A stretch of 63,304 bases of DNA, filler included, from Octopus bimaculoides (taxonomy: Eukaryota): the NCBI RefSeq assembly GCF_001194135.2. It is 7 parts of 6 records of this genome, joined end to end, with 100 filler letters (N's around TTAATTAATTAA, not from the genome) between each part and the next. Parts side by side here need not be neighbours in the genome. Positions count along the whole stretch, not along the records: positions 12,425 to 33,157 come from NC_068989.1; positions 33,258 to 40,872 come from NC_068982.1; 5 more parts are not named here. One strand, 5' to 3'. Positions 26,816-39,870 of this stretch are shown here, piece after piece. Each line of letters opens with the position of its first letter. The stretch's first letter is position 1. The position numbers and the translations under genes are program-made. The notes under the pieces were generated by a model, which saw nothing but the letters and a program-made list of their open reading frames with translations, had not been told where the DNA came from and made no database searches.

Positions 26816-28554
26816 GATGGGAGAGGTTGAGAATATGGAGTGCAGACTGACAAATCGGTTATGTCGTGCCTGCTCTTCAATTTTGATGGTCTCGTTTTCG
26901 AGAAAAGGTATAGTTGTAATCACTATGCAGATACTGGTAAATCTAGTCGATATTGTGAGATAAGATGCATGTGGTTATTGATTCTATAGTTTGTTACAAT
27001 TGATTGCAGTATGATGCAAACATTTAATGGTTTAAATGACTTTCACGTGGGCAACAACACAAAATAGTTGTTTACTATATGATTATATGATTCTTCTAAA
27101 TGTACGCAGTATCTGATGGAAGCTCTCTACCAGTTTAATCACCGAATAAAACTACTTATGGATTGCGACATAACCAAGTGAAGGAAATAAGTTGTATGGA
27201 AGGATCGAGATTTTGATTCGTGTGCCGTGAATGGTGAAGAGAGGAAGACATACAAAGGTAGTATATGGTAGGGCTTATGTAAAGAACAAATCTTTTCAGT
27301 GTAAAATAGTTTACGAATAATAAAAGTTAAAGTAGAAAAGTTAATCAGTTCAATGAACAGAGTTTAACACACGCATTTCTGTATAACTGATTTTTCTTGT
27401 AGTAAGGGAACAATATTCAGAAAAACAAAAACAAAATGGACTTGAGATACATAGTCTTTGAGTAACAAATATGTTGTAACAAATATGTACAACATATTTG
27501 AAAGATCAGGAGGTATGTAGGGAAAAAGATTAGGTTGTATAGGTCATGATTCACAGTTAACAATCAACATTTACATCATAAAAATTGTCAACTAAATGTA
27601 GTAAAAATTCATACGTAGGAAGTTTCTACGTCACAAATGTTTACGTGTCAGTCACACAGAACTATCTCCACTAACTGTTTTTATTGTTCAGGTGTTCAAA
27701 CGATAGATTAGTATAAAAACATTAGATCCCTCTAAGACAATGTTCTGAAAAGAGTTCACAAACCTGGTTTGGGGATCGTTACCTAAATATAAGTATGTTT
27801 ATCAATGATCTTTTCGATAATCTGTATTGTTAGATGAAATATTTCTTAACATTTATTTGTAGCTAAAAACAAGAAGTTCAGAACTGAAATTAAATTATAA
27901 ATATCTTAAAAGATGTTTATGCATATGTACAGAAGAAAATATATCCATATATGTATATATATAAATATATACTACTATATAAGGAAATGCTTCATATAAA
28001 CATTGTAGGAAATATATCCGCATGTTTCAAAGCTTGATGGAAGAGGATAATTAGAATATATTAAGAAAATATTGAAGTTTGTTAATAAAAATATCTTATG
28101 TTAGAATTGTTGATTTATCAGAGGAAATAAAAATAATAAAATTAAAAAAGTACCTCGAACGATATACTATCAAAATTTCAGCTCAAATTTGCCAAGAACT
28201 AACAAATGTAAATATACTCATCAAAGTTAAAACAAAATTAATTACGTTCTAGATGTTTGTGTATAATTAAAAACTTCGTGCTACACCATTTCTTTTCTCT
28301 ATTAGAGTTCGTAGATATTAATTAATTACTACGTTGTTGATGATTTGCTTTTCTTTCACAAATAAGAAGCATTGGGTAATCAATCATTAACTTTATACTT
28401 GAACACTTCAAATTAAGTGTTAAAAGTATTATTATATACAACTCATTATATGGTTGCACCCCACCATCTAATGTCCTCGTATTGATTAATTGAAGCATCT
28501 TAAACTGAAGAATAACATAATATAGGAGACTGGAATATATATATATATATATAC

Positions 28555-28610
<56 letters not shown>

Positions 28611-31600
28611 AGCTATGGACAAAGAATCTTGCCTATGCACTAATGACAATTTATAGATATATCCGTTTGTAACTAACATCGTAAAACAAATTTATAGTCA
28701 CGATTTCTGTTTGCCTTAAACACATATATGGTTCATATACATTTATATTCAATGAAATGATCGTAATTAGATAACATACACTAATTATTTAGTTGAGGTG
28801 CAGTCTCTCAAGTGAAAATATTGTCAATTTTCTTTTAGTAGATGTATGTCATACTAAGTTGTATACGATCGTATAAACAGCAATTAGGAGTAGAATTTTG
28901 ATGTTTGATAAATTTTCAAAACTGTGTCTAGGAGCAGTCGGATATATAGTAAAACTATAACTACTAACTTAGGGTCTTAGTAAAACATCTATTTTATTTA
29001 ACTACGTCACGAGTTTCAAATTTTCTTCACAGCAATTTAGACTTACTTTTAATTGGATTCGAGCTGGTTAGCAAAGTAATCAACCATGTATTATTTGTCT
29101 TCCGATAGATATAAATACAATTAAAATCTTTCCAGATAGATATTAGTTTAAATCTAAGAGGCAGGGAATTATGTCAAGTTTGTATACTCTGTTGTTAAAT
29201 TACTTAAAAACAGTAGAAATGAGACAAAGTAATATCGTACAAAGTAAAACGATTATTGATCCAAAATACAAATCGGATATTATGACCTAAGCACATTATT
29301 TAGACAAATTTTCAACAGAACAATATCTTAATTTGTGAAGAGGCACTTTGTTAACAAAACTATGATTTTCAAATCGCTTTGAATAGCGTCCTAACTGTTT
29401 CGTAAGACGGAAGTAGCTAAGCGAATATTTTGCAAATCTATCCTTTTCGTATCATCCGAAACTTTATTGGGAAAGGGTTGCGCTTATGGCAATCATCATG
29501 CACGGCATAATTGCACTACAATATTTTTCGATTTACTATTATGGTTTTACATATAATAATGTCTCAGTTTATAAAGATGAGACTGAATGAGTTTATTTAA
29601 ATGCTATGTATGAACGGAAATATCTCATTTTAATCATTAAAAAAAGAAATAGACATTAACAACATCGTCTAGCATTGCCGCAGAATCATCGGGGCTTGAT
29701 TTCAGATGTGCTAGGTACTCATGCTCTCAACTACCAATATCTGTAAATTCAAAACTCAAATTGTCAACTAACTTCATTTGATGTTACTAGTTGTTTGTTT
29801 CGCGATGTTCACTTGACTAAATTGAGTTACATATGTGTCACTGTAACCTTTTTGAAAAACCAAATGCTGACTGATAAGTTTATTAACGATTCCTTATTTC
29901 GATGACTTGCTTATTCAGCATATTTATTCTTATTACATCCCGGCAGATTCGAACGTAAATATACTAATCCTTGTTGTTTCATCATTGTAGAACAAATTAT
30001 TTCAGACAACTTTATGTTCATAACACACTCAGTGCATTCACGTAAATAGACTTTGGGATATTCGGTTTTTTCTACATCGTTGTGATTCGTCAGCCAAAGG
30101 CAACCCGGACTAATGAGTGTAACACGAGTTCAGCAATCGAATTATTTGCTGATGCATGTTGATATTTGCCAATGGACAGTAAATCGTCATATGCACGAAG
30201 AACAGTGAAAATCAAAATCATGATTTGCGTATTCAGTCTTAATATGTTCAGGCAAATTCGAATGTGAATATGTTAATCATTGTTGTCTTTCGTCATTGTC
30301 GAACAACTCCTTTCAGACGAATATGTATTCATAATACATTCAGTTCATTAGCGCTAGGGAACTCTTGATTCCTGTTAGCAGTTAAATTTTTCTTGAAGGT
30401 GGATGAGTTTTCGTTAGATTCTTCCTGCAATACGAAAATCCATCAGCCGCGCATTCTTGATAAAAGGATAAAATCTTGCATTTGGAACTCAAAGCATTTC
30501 GACTTAATACGGATGTAAAAGTTCTGAATTGTTTTCAAATTAACGATAACATGTCTCATGGTAGAATTAACATATTCTAAGTGTATCCAATATACTGATA
30601 ATATTAAAGTTCATATTCATGTTCATGTCAACAGCAAATATAAATAAATTTGATTCCAATGTTAGCCTCAATAGAAGATTGGGGTAGACTTTTATCCTAA
30701 AGATACTTGCTAATTAATCTCTTTCTTTCTTTCTTTCTATTTGCATGTCTGTCTGTCTGTCTCTATCTCTCTTTCTCTCTCTACACGCATACCTACACGA
30801 AAACCTCAGATTAGTAATTTGAGTTTCAACAAAATAGCTTGAAGAGCCTCGTAAATCTTTCTCGCAATATATATANNNNNNNNNNCAGACGGTACTTCCT
30901 TCAATAGAGAGACAGTGGAGATTACAAATAACTTTCATATTTTTCGACAGTGTTACTCCGATTTTCCTTGACCTTTGTATGTGTTTAACATAATGTTATA
31001 TATTAAAAAGTGTCAATATGTATCAAAGTATGAAAAAATGCAGCTATTTCACACTGTTCATTGAAATTGTCAATTACGTTCATACTTTTCGAAGAACCTC
31101 CGCAAAACGTACATATTATATAGAATAATTATTACAAAGTCTAAAAATTTGAAGTGTATTGTAGAACTATTTATTGTTTTTGCCGGTATATATGATAGTT
31201 GCAATTTTTGTCAGTGTCAATTAAAATTATATTAATAATTTCAAATAGATATTCCTGCAAAATGAAACAAAAGTGTTATGACTAGAATTTGTTCTTACAA
31301 ACTTACACTTTACAGTATCTGTAATATACAATATAGCTTTCATATTAATCGAATTATATATGAATAGACGCCCCTCAATCACTTGTGTTATTGGTTGACT
31401 AAAGGAAAGAATGCAGCTTTCGTTCCTCTTTGAATGTATTCGTGTCTTCTAAATATTGCATTTCCAACTTCATTAGAGCATTGCCATTATCAATTTATGT
31501 TTGCTTCATTTCTAAAATCCATCCTAGTTAATTAGAAATGACGTCATTTAAAATGATTTATGTCAATAAAATGCATTAACTTGATTTATATCAACATTTC

Positions 31601-32290
31601 ACCTCAAACCAGATATTTCTAACTCCCTAGTCAGCAGTTAGTTTACACCACTGAGAGTTCCTTTTTGCAGCTGAACTTAACAGTTGTATTACAGGCAGCT
31701 TAAAGGGAACAAATATTCTATGTTATCTAACTCGTTCGCTTATATTTATCGTTTATAAATCCACAATGGTTATTAGAAGAGGATTTATTCTTAGCAACTA
31801 GCACAGTTATTATTATTAAAATAATTTCCTTTATATATGTGTTCCGCCAAGTTTTGTTGGATCATAAGTGATCGAGTCGTTATCCAGTATTACGTATATC
31901 ACTATTTTACCAATCTTAGAGAGATAAAAAACAAAGAAGACACTGGTTAAAATTGAAATTACACAAGGGAAGCATTAACTGCTGGAGTCTATTGAACATC
32001 GAGACTATTCTGTTATCTTCGTTTTCTTTCATCCTAATTATAATATTTCGACAATTGACGTAAGAAGCTATTTAAAGTATTGCATGTTCTAAATGATATA
32101 AAAAACGAGCTCGTTTTTTTGTATTGCAACAAGCTGCTGTATGAAATTGTATCTTTTGTGACGTTTCCATCTTGCAATGAATATATTTTTTCTCTTTGCT
32201 TGAAAACATATATAGTGCTGCTTCATGAAATTCTATAAATATAGACATCTTTCTTCACTTGACTATTTCTCTGTTTAAGTGATCGAAAAC

Positions 32291-32329
<39 letters not shown>

Positions 32330-32421
32330 GAGGTATCTATATGTGTGTGTATGCATGTATATATGTAAATATATATATGCATATATATGTACACATACAC
32401 ATGTATATAAGCATATATATG

Positions 32422-32510
32422 CATGACTGTGTAGTAAGAAGCTTGCTACCCAATCACATGCTTTTAGGTTCAATCCAATTGCGTGGCAACTTGGACAAGT
32501 GTTTGCTTCT
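32422..32510 (+). mobile_element. Degraded head of SINE type B
   Basis: gactgtgtagtaagaagcttgctacccaatcacatg...gcgtggcaacttggacaagtgt matches 53001-53100. Confidence 0.7.
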
Positions 32511-32511
32511 A

Positions 32512-32529
32512 TATTTTTCGATGTTGTTA

Positions 32530-32582
<53 letters not shown>

Positions 32583-32655
32583 GTTATTATTATTATTATT
32601 CAGGTCACTGCCTGGAATCGAACTCGGAATCTTGGGGTTAGTAGCCCGCGCTCTT
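32512..32655 (-). mobile_element. tRNA-like head followed by (AAT)n and aacaacatcgaaaaata (truncated)
   Basis: Reverse complement aagagcgcgggctactaaccccaagattccgagttcgattccagg has a B-box (GAGTTCGATTCC) and an anticodon-like loop CTACTAA. The stems are poor, so it is not a functional tRNA. Confidence 0.65.
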
Positions 32656-32682
32656 NNNNNNNNNNNNNNNNNNNNNNNNNNN

Positions 32683-32724
<42 letters not shown>

Positions 32725-32912
32725 TAACAACATCGAAAAATACCTTAGGAATGAGAACCCAGGTTCGAAATTTCCCCAAGACACCCAATGAAGGCTGGAG
32801 GGTATATCAGTCGAAACTTTATGTTAACAACAAACAAGATGAGGACAAATATCCGTCAATTGTAAATAATGTACATAATGTACATAATTCCTCATCTCTT
32901 GAATATAGAATT
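32683..32912 (+). mobile_element. (AAT)n followed by a repeat with a decayed type I hammerhead ribozyme motif (Penelope pLTR or retrozyme-like)
   Basis: gacac-CCAATGA-a-ggctg(gagggtatat)cagtc-GAAAC-TTT-atgtt at 32780-32825. Stem II pairs and the core has two substitutions. Confidence 0.7.
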
Positions 32913-32929
32913 GTATCCATACGCGCGCG

Positions 32930-32971
<42 letters not shown>

Positions 32972-33157
32972 AGTATATGCTTATATATGTATGTATATTA
33001 TGCGTTTACGCGGACATATCTATGTATATTTATACACACACGCACGCACACACACATACACACATATATACAACTACATATAAATATACACACATACATA
33101 CTCATACACACATGGGCGCTCACATTTATACATATACGTGTGTATATATATATATAT

Positions 33158-33257
33158 NNNNNNNNNNNNNNNNNNNNNNNNNNNNNNNNNNNNNNNNNNN
33201 NTTAATTAATTAANNNNNNNNNNNNNNNNNNNNNNNNNNNNNNNNNNNNNNNNNNNN
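33158..33257. other. Artificial assembly spacer N44-TTAATTAATTAA-N44
   Basis: Same 100-bp layout. Confidence 0.95.
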
Positions 33258-33311
33258 ATAATAATAATAATAATAATAATAATGATAATAATAATAATAA
33301 TAATAATAATG

Positions 33312-33340
<29 letters not shown>

Positions 33341-33342
<2 letters not shown>

Positions 33343-33590
33343 GATAGTGCTCATGGGAACTGCCCATATCCTACGTAAAATACTGTCTATGTGATCTCAA
33401 ATTTTAAAGCAAACATAATTTTCTTATGGTTTCTTAAACATTCACTTGAACAAAACTGTACAAATCCAAATATATGGTACCCTAGGCATAACACCTACAT
33501 GAACTTCTAACTTGTTGTCTCTTGAGGTCTCTGGGTGAGACTTGGATCCAACTTGTACAAATGCAAAACAAAAGTCAAACATAAAATAAT
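33341..33590 (+). mobile_element. Heavily 5'-truncated R4/Dong-clade LINE 3' end inside (TAA)n
   Basis: 33341-33394 encodes KIVLMGTAHILRKILSM*, the conserved C-terminus of R4/Dong RLE elements. (AAT)n flanks both sides. Confidence 0.75.
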
Positions 33591-33592
33591 AT

Positions 33593-33623
<31 letters not shown>

Positions 33624-34467
33624 AATAAATAAATAAATAAGTGTTTGTATCTCTAAGATAATATACATGTGGTGTAATCTTCCCAGTATCTGTATTTCAT
33701 CTCCAGAGTCGTTTTAGGAATACATTTTTTTTTTTGCCCAAAACATTGCGTCCGATTCTCTGAAAAATAGAACCTATGACGCGGTGTTTATCAACTGAGG
33801 GAGTTTTTAGAAATGGATTAATTTCTTATGAGAAACATGAAATCAAGTTGATGAGTGATTGAAAAGATACAGCGAACTTAAACATTGATAATAATAAGAA
33901 AAAATAGATCTTTGTTGTTACACCAATAATAACACATGCACTGGTTCGATATCATTTCTTTATTGTTAAAAAAATTGATTAAATATCCAACCATTCAACT
34001 CATCAATCGTGTTTAATGTGCTTGTTAAACAATCAGTCATTTGTTTGTTAGTCAATGTCCTTTCGTCACTATTTGCAGCTTTCTCAATGACTTGCTCTCT
34101 CTCTCTCTCTCTCTCTTCAAGGTATGTCCTGCCGATTGATTGATTAACTAACACATTAAGCAAACGATCAGTTTGTTAGTTGGTTAAATATTTGACCAGT
34201 TGACTAATAATAAAGAAATGATACTGGACCAGTGCGTGTGTTTATTATTGTTGGTGTAATGGACCTCTCAAGACACAACATTTGTTTCAACACACGAATT
34301 TCCACCAAGAACTCGCAAATCAAATACAAAAACAAAGAGATATATTTGGAAATTGTAGCAAAATCTAGACATTTATCTTCACCGGAAGTAAATACTGGGT
34401 GTGTGTGCGTGTGTGTGTGCATGTGCGAGTATTTGTGTACGTGTGTGCTATTTTGTTTGCGTGCTTG

Positions 34468-35366
34468 TACGAGGTCTGATCAATAAGTATCCGGACTGTT
34501 GCCATACTAACATAGCTAAAGCACGCAGAGTAAAGCCGCTCGGCAAAGTTTGACCTTGAACTCTGCTGTGCATGCGCACTAAGTTTTAACGTTCTAGCTC
34601 ACTTCCACTGTTTACAGCAGTGCTTAGAAGGCAGGTGTGTAGCGTGTGATCGTCGCACTGATCATGACAGAGGAAGTTGCCATGGTGATACCTGCTCAGA
34701 GGCCTACACAAATTAGCAGAAAGTGTATGAAGAGGAATGTATGAGCCGCACACAAGTGCACGAGTGGTTCAGACGTTTCCAAGATGGCTGAAAAAAGGTC
34801 GATATTGATGAACGTTCTGGGAGACCCACAATCAGCAGAACTGAGAAAAACATTGCAGATGTGTATGCAGCTGTGAGGGGAAATCATTGAATCTCCATTC
34901 ATGAATTATCAGAGGATGTGCAGATTAATTACGGTTCAGTTCAGTCCATTATCACTGAATATTTGAGTATGAGACGCGTGTCTGCCAAGTTTGTGCCAAA
35001 ACTGCTTTCAGCTGACCAAAAAGACACTCGGGTTTCAGTTGCACAAGATCTCCTTGATTGTGTCAAGAACGATGAAAACTTTTTAAAAACTTTGCGTAGG
35101 CCTCTGAGCAGGTATCGCCAAGCTTTTGGCAAAATTTGATGCAGATTCTCTGTTCAACTTCCTCTGTCATGGTCAGTGCGACGATCACACGCTACACACC
35201 TTCCTTCCAAGCACTGTTGTAAACAGTGGAAGTGAGCTAGAACGTTAAAACTTAGTGCGCATGCACAGCAGAGTTCAAGGTCAATCTGTGCCAAGCGGCT
35301 TCACTCTGCGTGCTTTAGTTTTGTTACTATGTCAACAATCCAGGTACTTATTGATCAGACCACCTA
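34468..35366 (+). mobile_element. Mariner deletion derivative with long (about 240-270 bp) inverted ends
   Basis: TA|CGAGGTCTGATCAATAAGTA TIR and its mirror image. Decayed transposase N-terminus (..RTQVHEWFRRFQDG..ERSGRP..VSAKFVPKLL) followed by an inverted copy of the 5' end starting at about 35093. Confidence 0.9.
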
Positions 35367-35559
35367 TGTGTGTATGTGTGTGAGTGTTTGTGTATGTATA
35401 TGGTTATGGGCATTTGAGCGTCAATGTGAGTGTTTGTGCGTGTTTGCGTGTGCTTGTGTGTGTGTGTGTGTGTGCGTGTTTGTGTGTGCGTGTTTGTGTG
35501 TGTGTGTGTTCAGCATAAACACAGCAATGCTCAACTGCATTTGATCCGACTCATTATGC

Positions 35560-36035
<476 letters not shown>

Positions 36036-36480
36036 TTATAATTAGACTTGTGTGGGATAAAGATAAAATAAAAGAAAGATTTTGCTGCGAATGCTACAGA
36101 AATTACAACCAAATACTTCTTAAGCTGCTGATATATTCGTGGATTATTATATCTACATAGCTGATATCGTCTGCGTAGTTGGGAAATACTAAACGCTGCA
36201 TCTGCTGTTATTTAGTTAACAACGTTGTGGCGATATCGTTTCAAAATCTGTTGCAGTAAACGATCTCTCATTTGTAACTTAAAACCTCATATTTTTATAC
36301 GACAAAACAGAAATTACAGAACCGAATAGTGATGGAGTTACTTATTTCTGTTAGTTATTTATGGGTGTGGGGTGTGTGTGTTCTTGATTACTGAGAGAAC
36401 GCTAGGAGATTTAGTACATATAAACATATTTCAGAGATAATTAACGCGGTTCAAATCCATTTAACATGCAAGCTACATAC

Positions 36481-36540
<60 letters not shown>

Positions 36541-37754
36541 GTAAATGAGTGGAAATCGAACTGATGAATATTATTAAATAACAAGGCACTAAAAGAAAAT
36601 GACTCTTTCCAGACACAATAATTTCTCTCTNNNNNNNNNNNNNNNNNNNNNNNNNNNNNNNNNNNNNNNNNNNNNNNNNNNNNNNNNNNNNNNNNNNNNN
36701 NNNNNNNNNNNNNNNNNNNNNNNNNNNNNNNNNNNNNNNNNNNNNNNNNNNNNNNNNNNNNNNNNNNNNNNNNNNNNNNNNNNNNNNNNNNNNNNNNNNN
36801 NNNNNNNNNNNNNNNNNNNNNNNNNNNNNNNNNNNNNNNNNNNNNNNNNNNNNNNNNNNNNNNNNNNNNNNNNNNNNNNNNNNNNNNNNNNNNNNNNNNN
36901 NNNNNNNNNNNNNNNNNNNNNNNNNNNNNNNNNNNNNNNNNNNNNNNNNNNNNNNNNNNNNNNNNNNNNNNNNNNNNNNNNNNNNNNNNNNNNNNNNNNN
37001 NNNNNNNNNNNNNNNNNNNNNNNNNNNNNNNNNNNNNNNNNNNNNNNNNNNNNNNNNNNNNNNNNNNNNNNNNNNNNNNNNNNNNNNNNNNNNNNNNNNN
37101 NNNNNNNNNNNNNNNNNNNNNNNNNNNNNNNNNNNNNNNNNNNNNNNNNNNNNNNNNNNNNNNNNNNNNNNNNNNNNNNNNNNNNNNNNNNNNNNNNNNN
37201 NNNNNNNNNNNNNNNNNNNNNNNNNNNNNNNNNNNNNNNNNNNNNNNNNNNNNNNNNNNNNNNNNNNNNNNNNNNNNNNNNNNNNNNNNNNNNNNNNNNN
37301 NNNNNNNNNNNNNNNNNNNNNNNNNNNNNNNNNNNNNNNNNNNNNNNNNNNNNNNNNNNNNNNNNNNNNNNNNNNNNNNNNNNNNNNNNNNNNNNNNNNN
37401 NNNNNNNNNNNNNNNNNNNNNNNNNNNNNNNNATACATATCTTAAAGTATACACGCATACACGCTTAATCATCACTACACCTATACATATATATACACAC
37501 ACACATACATATATACAACTATGTATGACACTAATACAAGGATAACGGTTAAAATTCAAATATGCATTTATTTATTTATTTTTTCCTCCATAAACACCAC
37601 ACATAGATGTATCTACACACACTCATATCTACACATACTCATACGCCCATGCATGCACACACTCATAGTCACATACACAACGCACAACACATGCACACAT
37701 GTGCACACACACATACATCTACACACACGCACACACATATCAAACTATATACGC

Positions 37755-37808
<54 letters not shown>

Positions 37809-38115
37809 AGGCGCAGACGTTGCTGTCTGGTAAGAAGTCTACTTTCCAGCTTCTGCTATTGTCTCGGACTGATCAAAGCCTTGTGAGTGGATTTGGTAGA
37901 TGGAAACTGAAAGAAGCTCGTCGTATGTGTGCGTGTGTTTATCCCCCCCCCCACCGCTTGACAACCGGTGTTGGTATATTTACGTCCCTGTAACCTAACG
38001 GTTCGGCAAAAGAGAACGATGGAAATAAGTACCAAGCTTTAAAAAAATTAAGATAATACCAGAGTCGACTCGTTCGACTAAATCCTTATGAGTAGAACTA
38101 GTGAAAGGTAAAAGA
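37809..38115 (+). mobile_element. SINE type B with internal deletions
   Basis: Head aggcgcagacgttgctgtctggtaagaag; aagaagctcgtcg-(TG) junction; ccaccgcttgacaacc body. Confidence 0.85.
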
Positions 38116-38640
38116 TATATATATATATATGTGTATATATATATATGTGTATGTATGTAAAAATGTACGTATGTATTACAAAATATACATTTTAGTTTTT
38201 ACAAATGTTTTATATCAACGTAGCTGATAGAAACCTTATACCATTTGTTGGTTGCTGGGTGAAATTGCAACCGAAAGATGTGATAGCCTGCTAAATTAGC
38301 AACAAACTGTCTGTTAGTAAGACAACCAGGCGTAAAAGAATTGTAAATAGAAAAACAGAGCAGATAAAAATGTCATAAATAGATTTGCCATGAAAATAGT
38401 GAAAAAGAAATAGGCAAATCTTTGGTCCAATTTTCTCGCTTTGAAACATGTATTTTTTTCTTCTTCGCTTTACGAAGTTACCTTTCATTCACGTTCTAAT
38501 TACAATCAACCAATGAAAAGACAGACAAATATAAACCATAGCAAGGAAGAAATCTTCTTTTTCTTCTTCTCTGCCAATAACATCAATGTAGTCGAATGGT
38601 CTTCGTTTTCTATTACAATGCGTAAGTCTCTAAAATATTC

Positions 38641-39050
38641 TTTCTAATTTTGGCGTAAGGAAAGCAAGTTTTTGAGGAGATGGAGAAGTCGATATCATAG
38701 CATCTATCCCAGTAATTAACTGGTCCTTATTTTATCGACCTCGAAAGGATGAGAGGCAAAGTCGACCTTGATGGCATTTGAACTTACAACATAAAGAAAT
38801 GTCGTTAAGCATTCTGTCAGGTGTGCTAATGAACCTAGCAGGAACGTTAATACGCCGGGCGAAATGCTTAGCAGTATTTCGTCTGTCTTTACGTTCTGTG
38901 TTCAAATTCCGCCGAGGTCGACTTTCGGAGTCGATAAATTAAGTACCAGTTGTGTACTGAAGTCGATCTAATCGACTGACCTCCTCCCCCAAAATTTCGG
39001 GCCTTGTGCCTAGAGTCGAAAAGAATGATTCTGGCAGTTTGCCGCTGAGG
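38641..39050. mobile_element. Nested SINE type A: plus-strand copy (about 38838-39027) inside the head of a minus-strand copy
   Basis: The minus copy breaks at gtgctaatga and resumes at aatgattctggcagtttgccgc after the plus copy. Confidence 0.75.
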
Positions 39051-39125
39051 GGAGTCATTAAAATATACTTTTTACTTTAGATACAAGGTCTGAAATTTTG
39101 AGGGAGGCGGGGGTGGGTCCATTAC

Positions 39126-39721
39126 GGATCTTTTTTAAAACGGGGGCCACATTTTTCATTAATGTTTTACGTAGTGTTTTTGGTACGGAAAGACTTTCAA
39201 ACTTCGTATACTTATCTATTTTGTGTTATAGAACAGAAAAATATTTTTGTATTCGAATTTATTTCATGTAAAAAATTGGCTTATTTCGATAATTTCAACC
39301 AATCACTGACAAGTATTCAGTTGTTTATATTTACTCCTTTGGCTGATTAAGCCATAGCTTCGTTTTATTTGCTTTTTTCATTTTAAATTTGCTTTTTTCA
39401 TTTTCTTTTTTTTCTTCGTTTTATTTGCTTTTTTCTTTTTAAATTTGCTGTTTTACCCTAACCCTAATCCTATCACCGATAGAATTGTTTCAGAATCGTT
39501 TGTTTATGTAGTCGGCACTTAATGTATATCGGCTGAATGGACGTCAGTGATTGGTTGAAATTGCAGAAATACGACAACTTTAACATGGAATAACTTAGGG
39601 ATTTCTTTTTTTTTAAGAAGACTAAGAGAAAAAGATGTTTTATATGACACATTCTACCAGTGTTCCAAGTTTCAAAGTGTTTCGTTAATGAAAAATGTGG
39701 CCCCCGTTTTAAAAAAGATCC
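39126..39721. mobile_element. MITE with perfect 37-bp TIRs (GGATC...GATCC)
   Basis: 39126-39162 is the exact reverse complement of 39685-39721. The interior is shared with 61949-62374. Confidence 0.9.
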
Positions 39722-39726
39722 TCAAT

Positions 39727-39870
39727 TACTTCGACTCCAGTACATGACTGGTATTTATTTTATCAATCCCAAAAGGATGAAAGGCAAAGTCGACCTCGAC
39801 AGAATTTGAACTCAGATGAAATGCAAGTATATTGTCCGTCGTGCGAACGATTCTGCCAGCTCGCCACCAG
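39727..39870 (-). mobile_element. SINE type A (shortened)
   Basis: aggatgaaaggcaaagtcgacctcg and aacgattctgccagctcgcc. Confidence 0.85.

Noticed and set aside
32601-32655. Functional tRNA-Ser(ACT) gene
   Set aside because: Only a B-box and an anticodon-like loop are present; the T and anticodon stems pair poorly and the 5' end is in a gap. Treated as a repeat head.
39455-39475. Interstitial telomeric repeat (ccctaaccctaa)
   Set aside because: Only two units and internal to a MITE.
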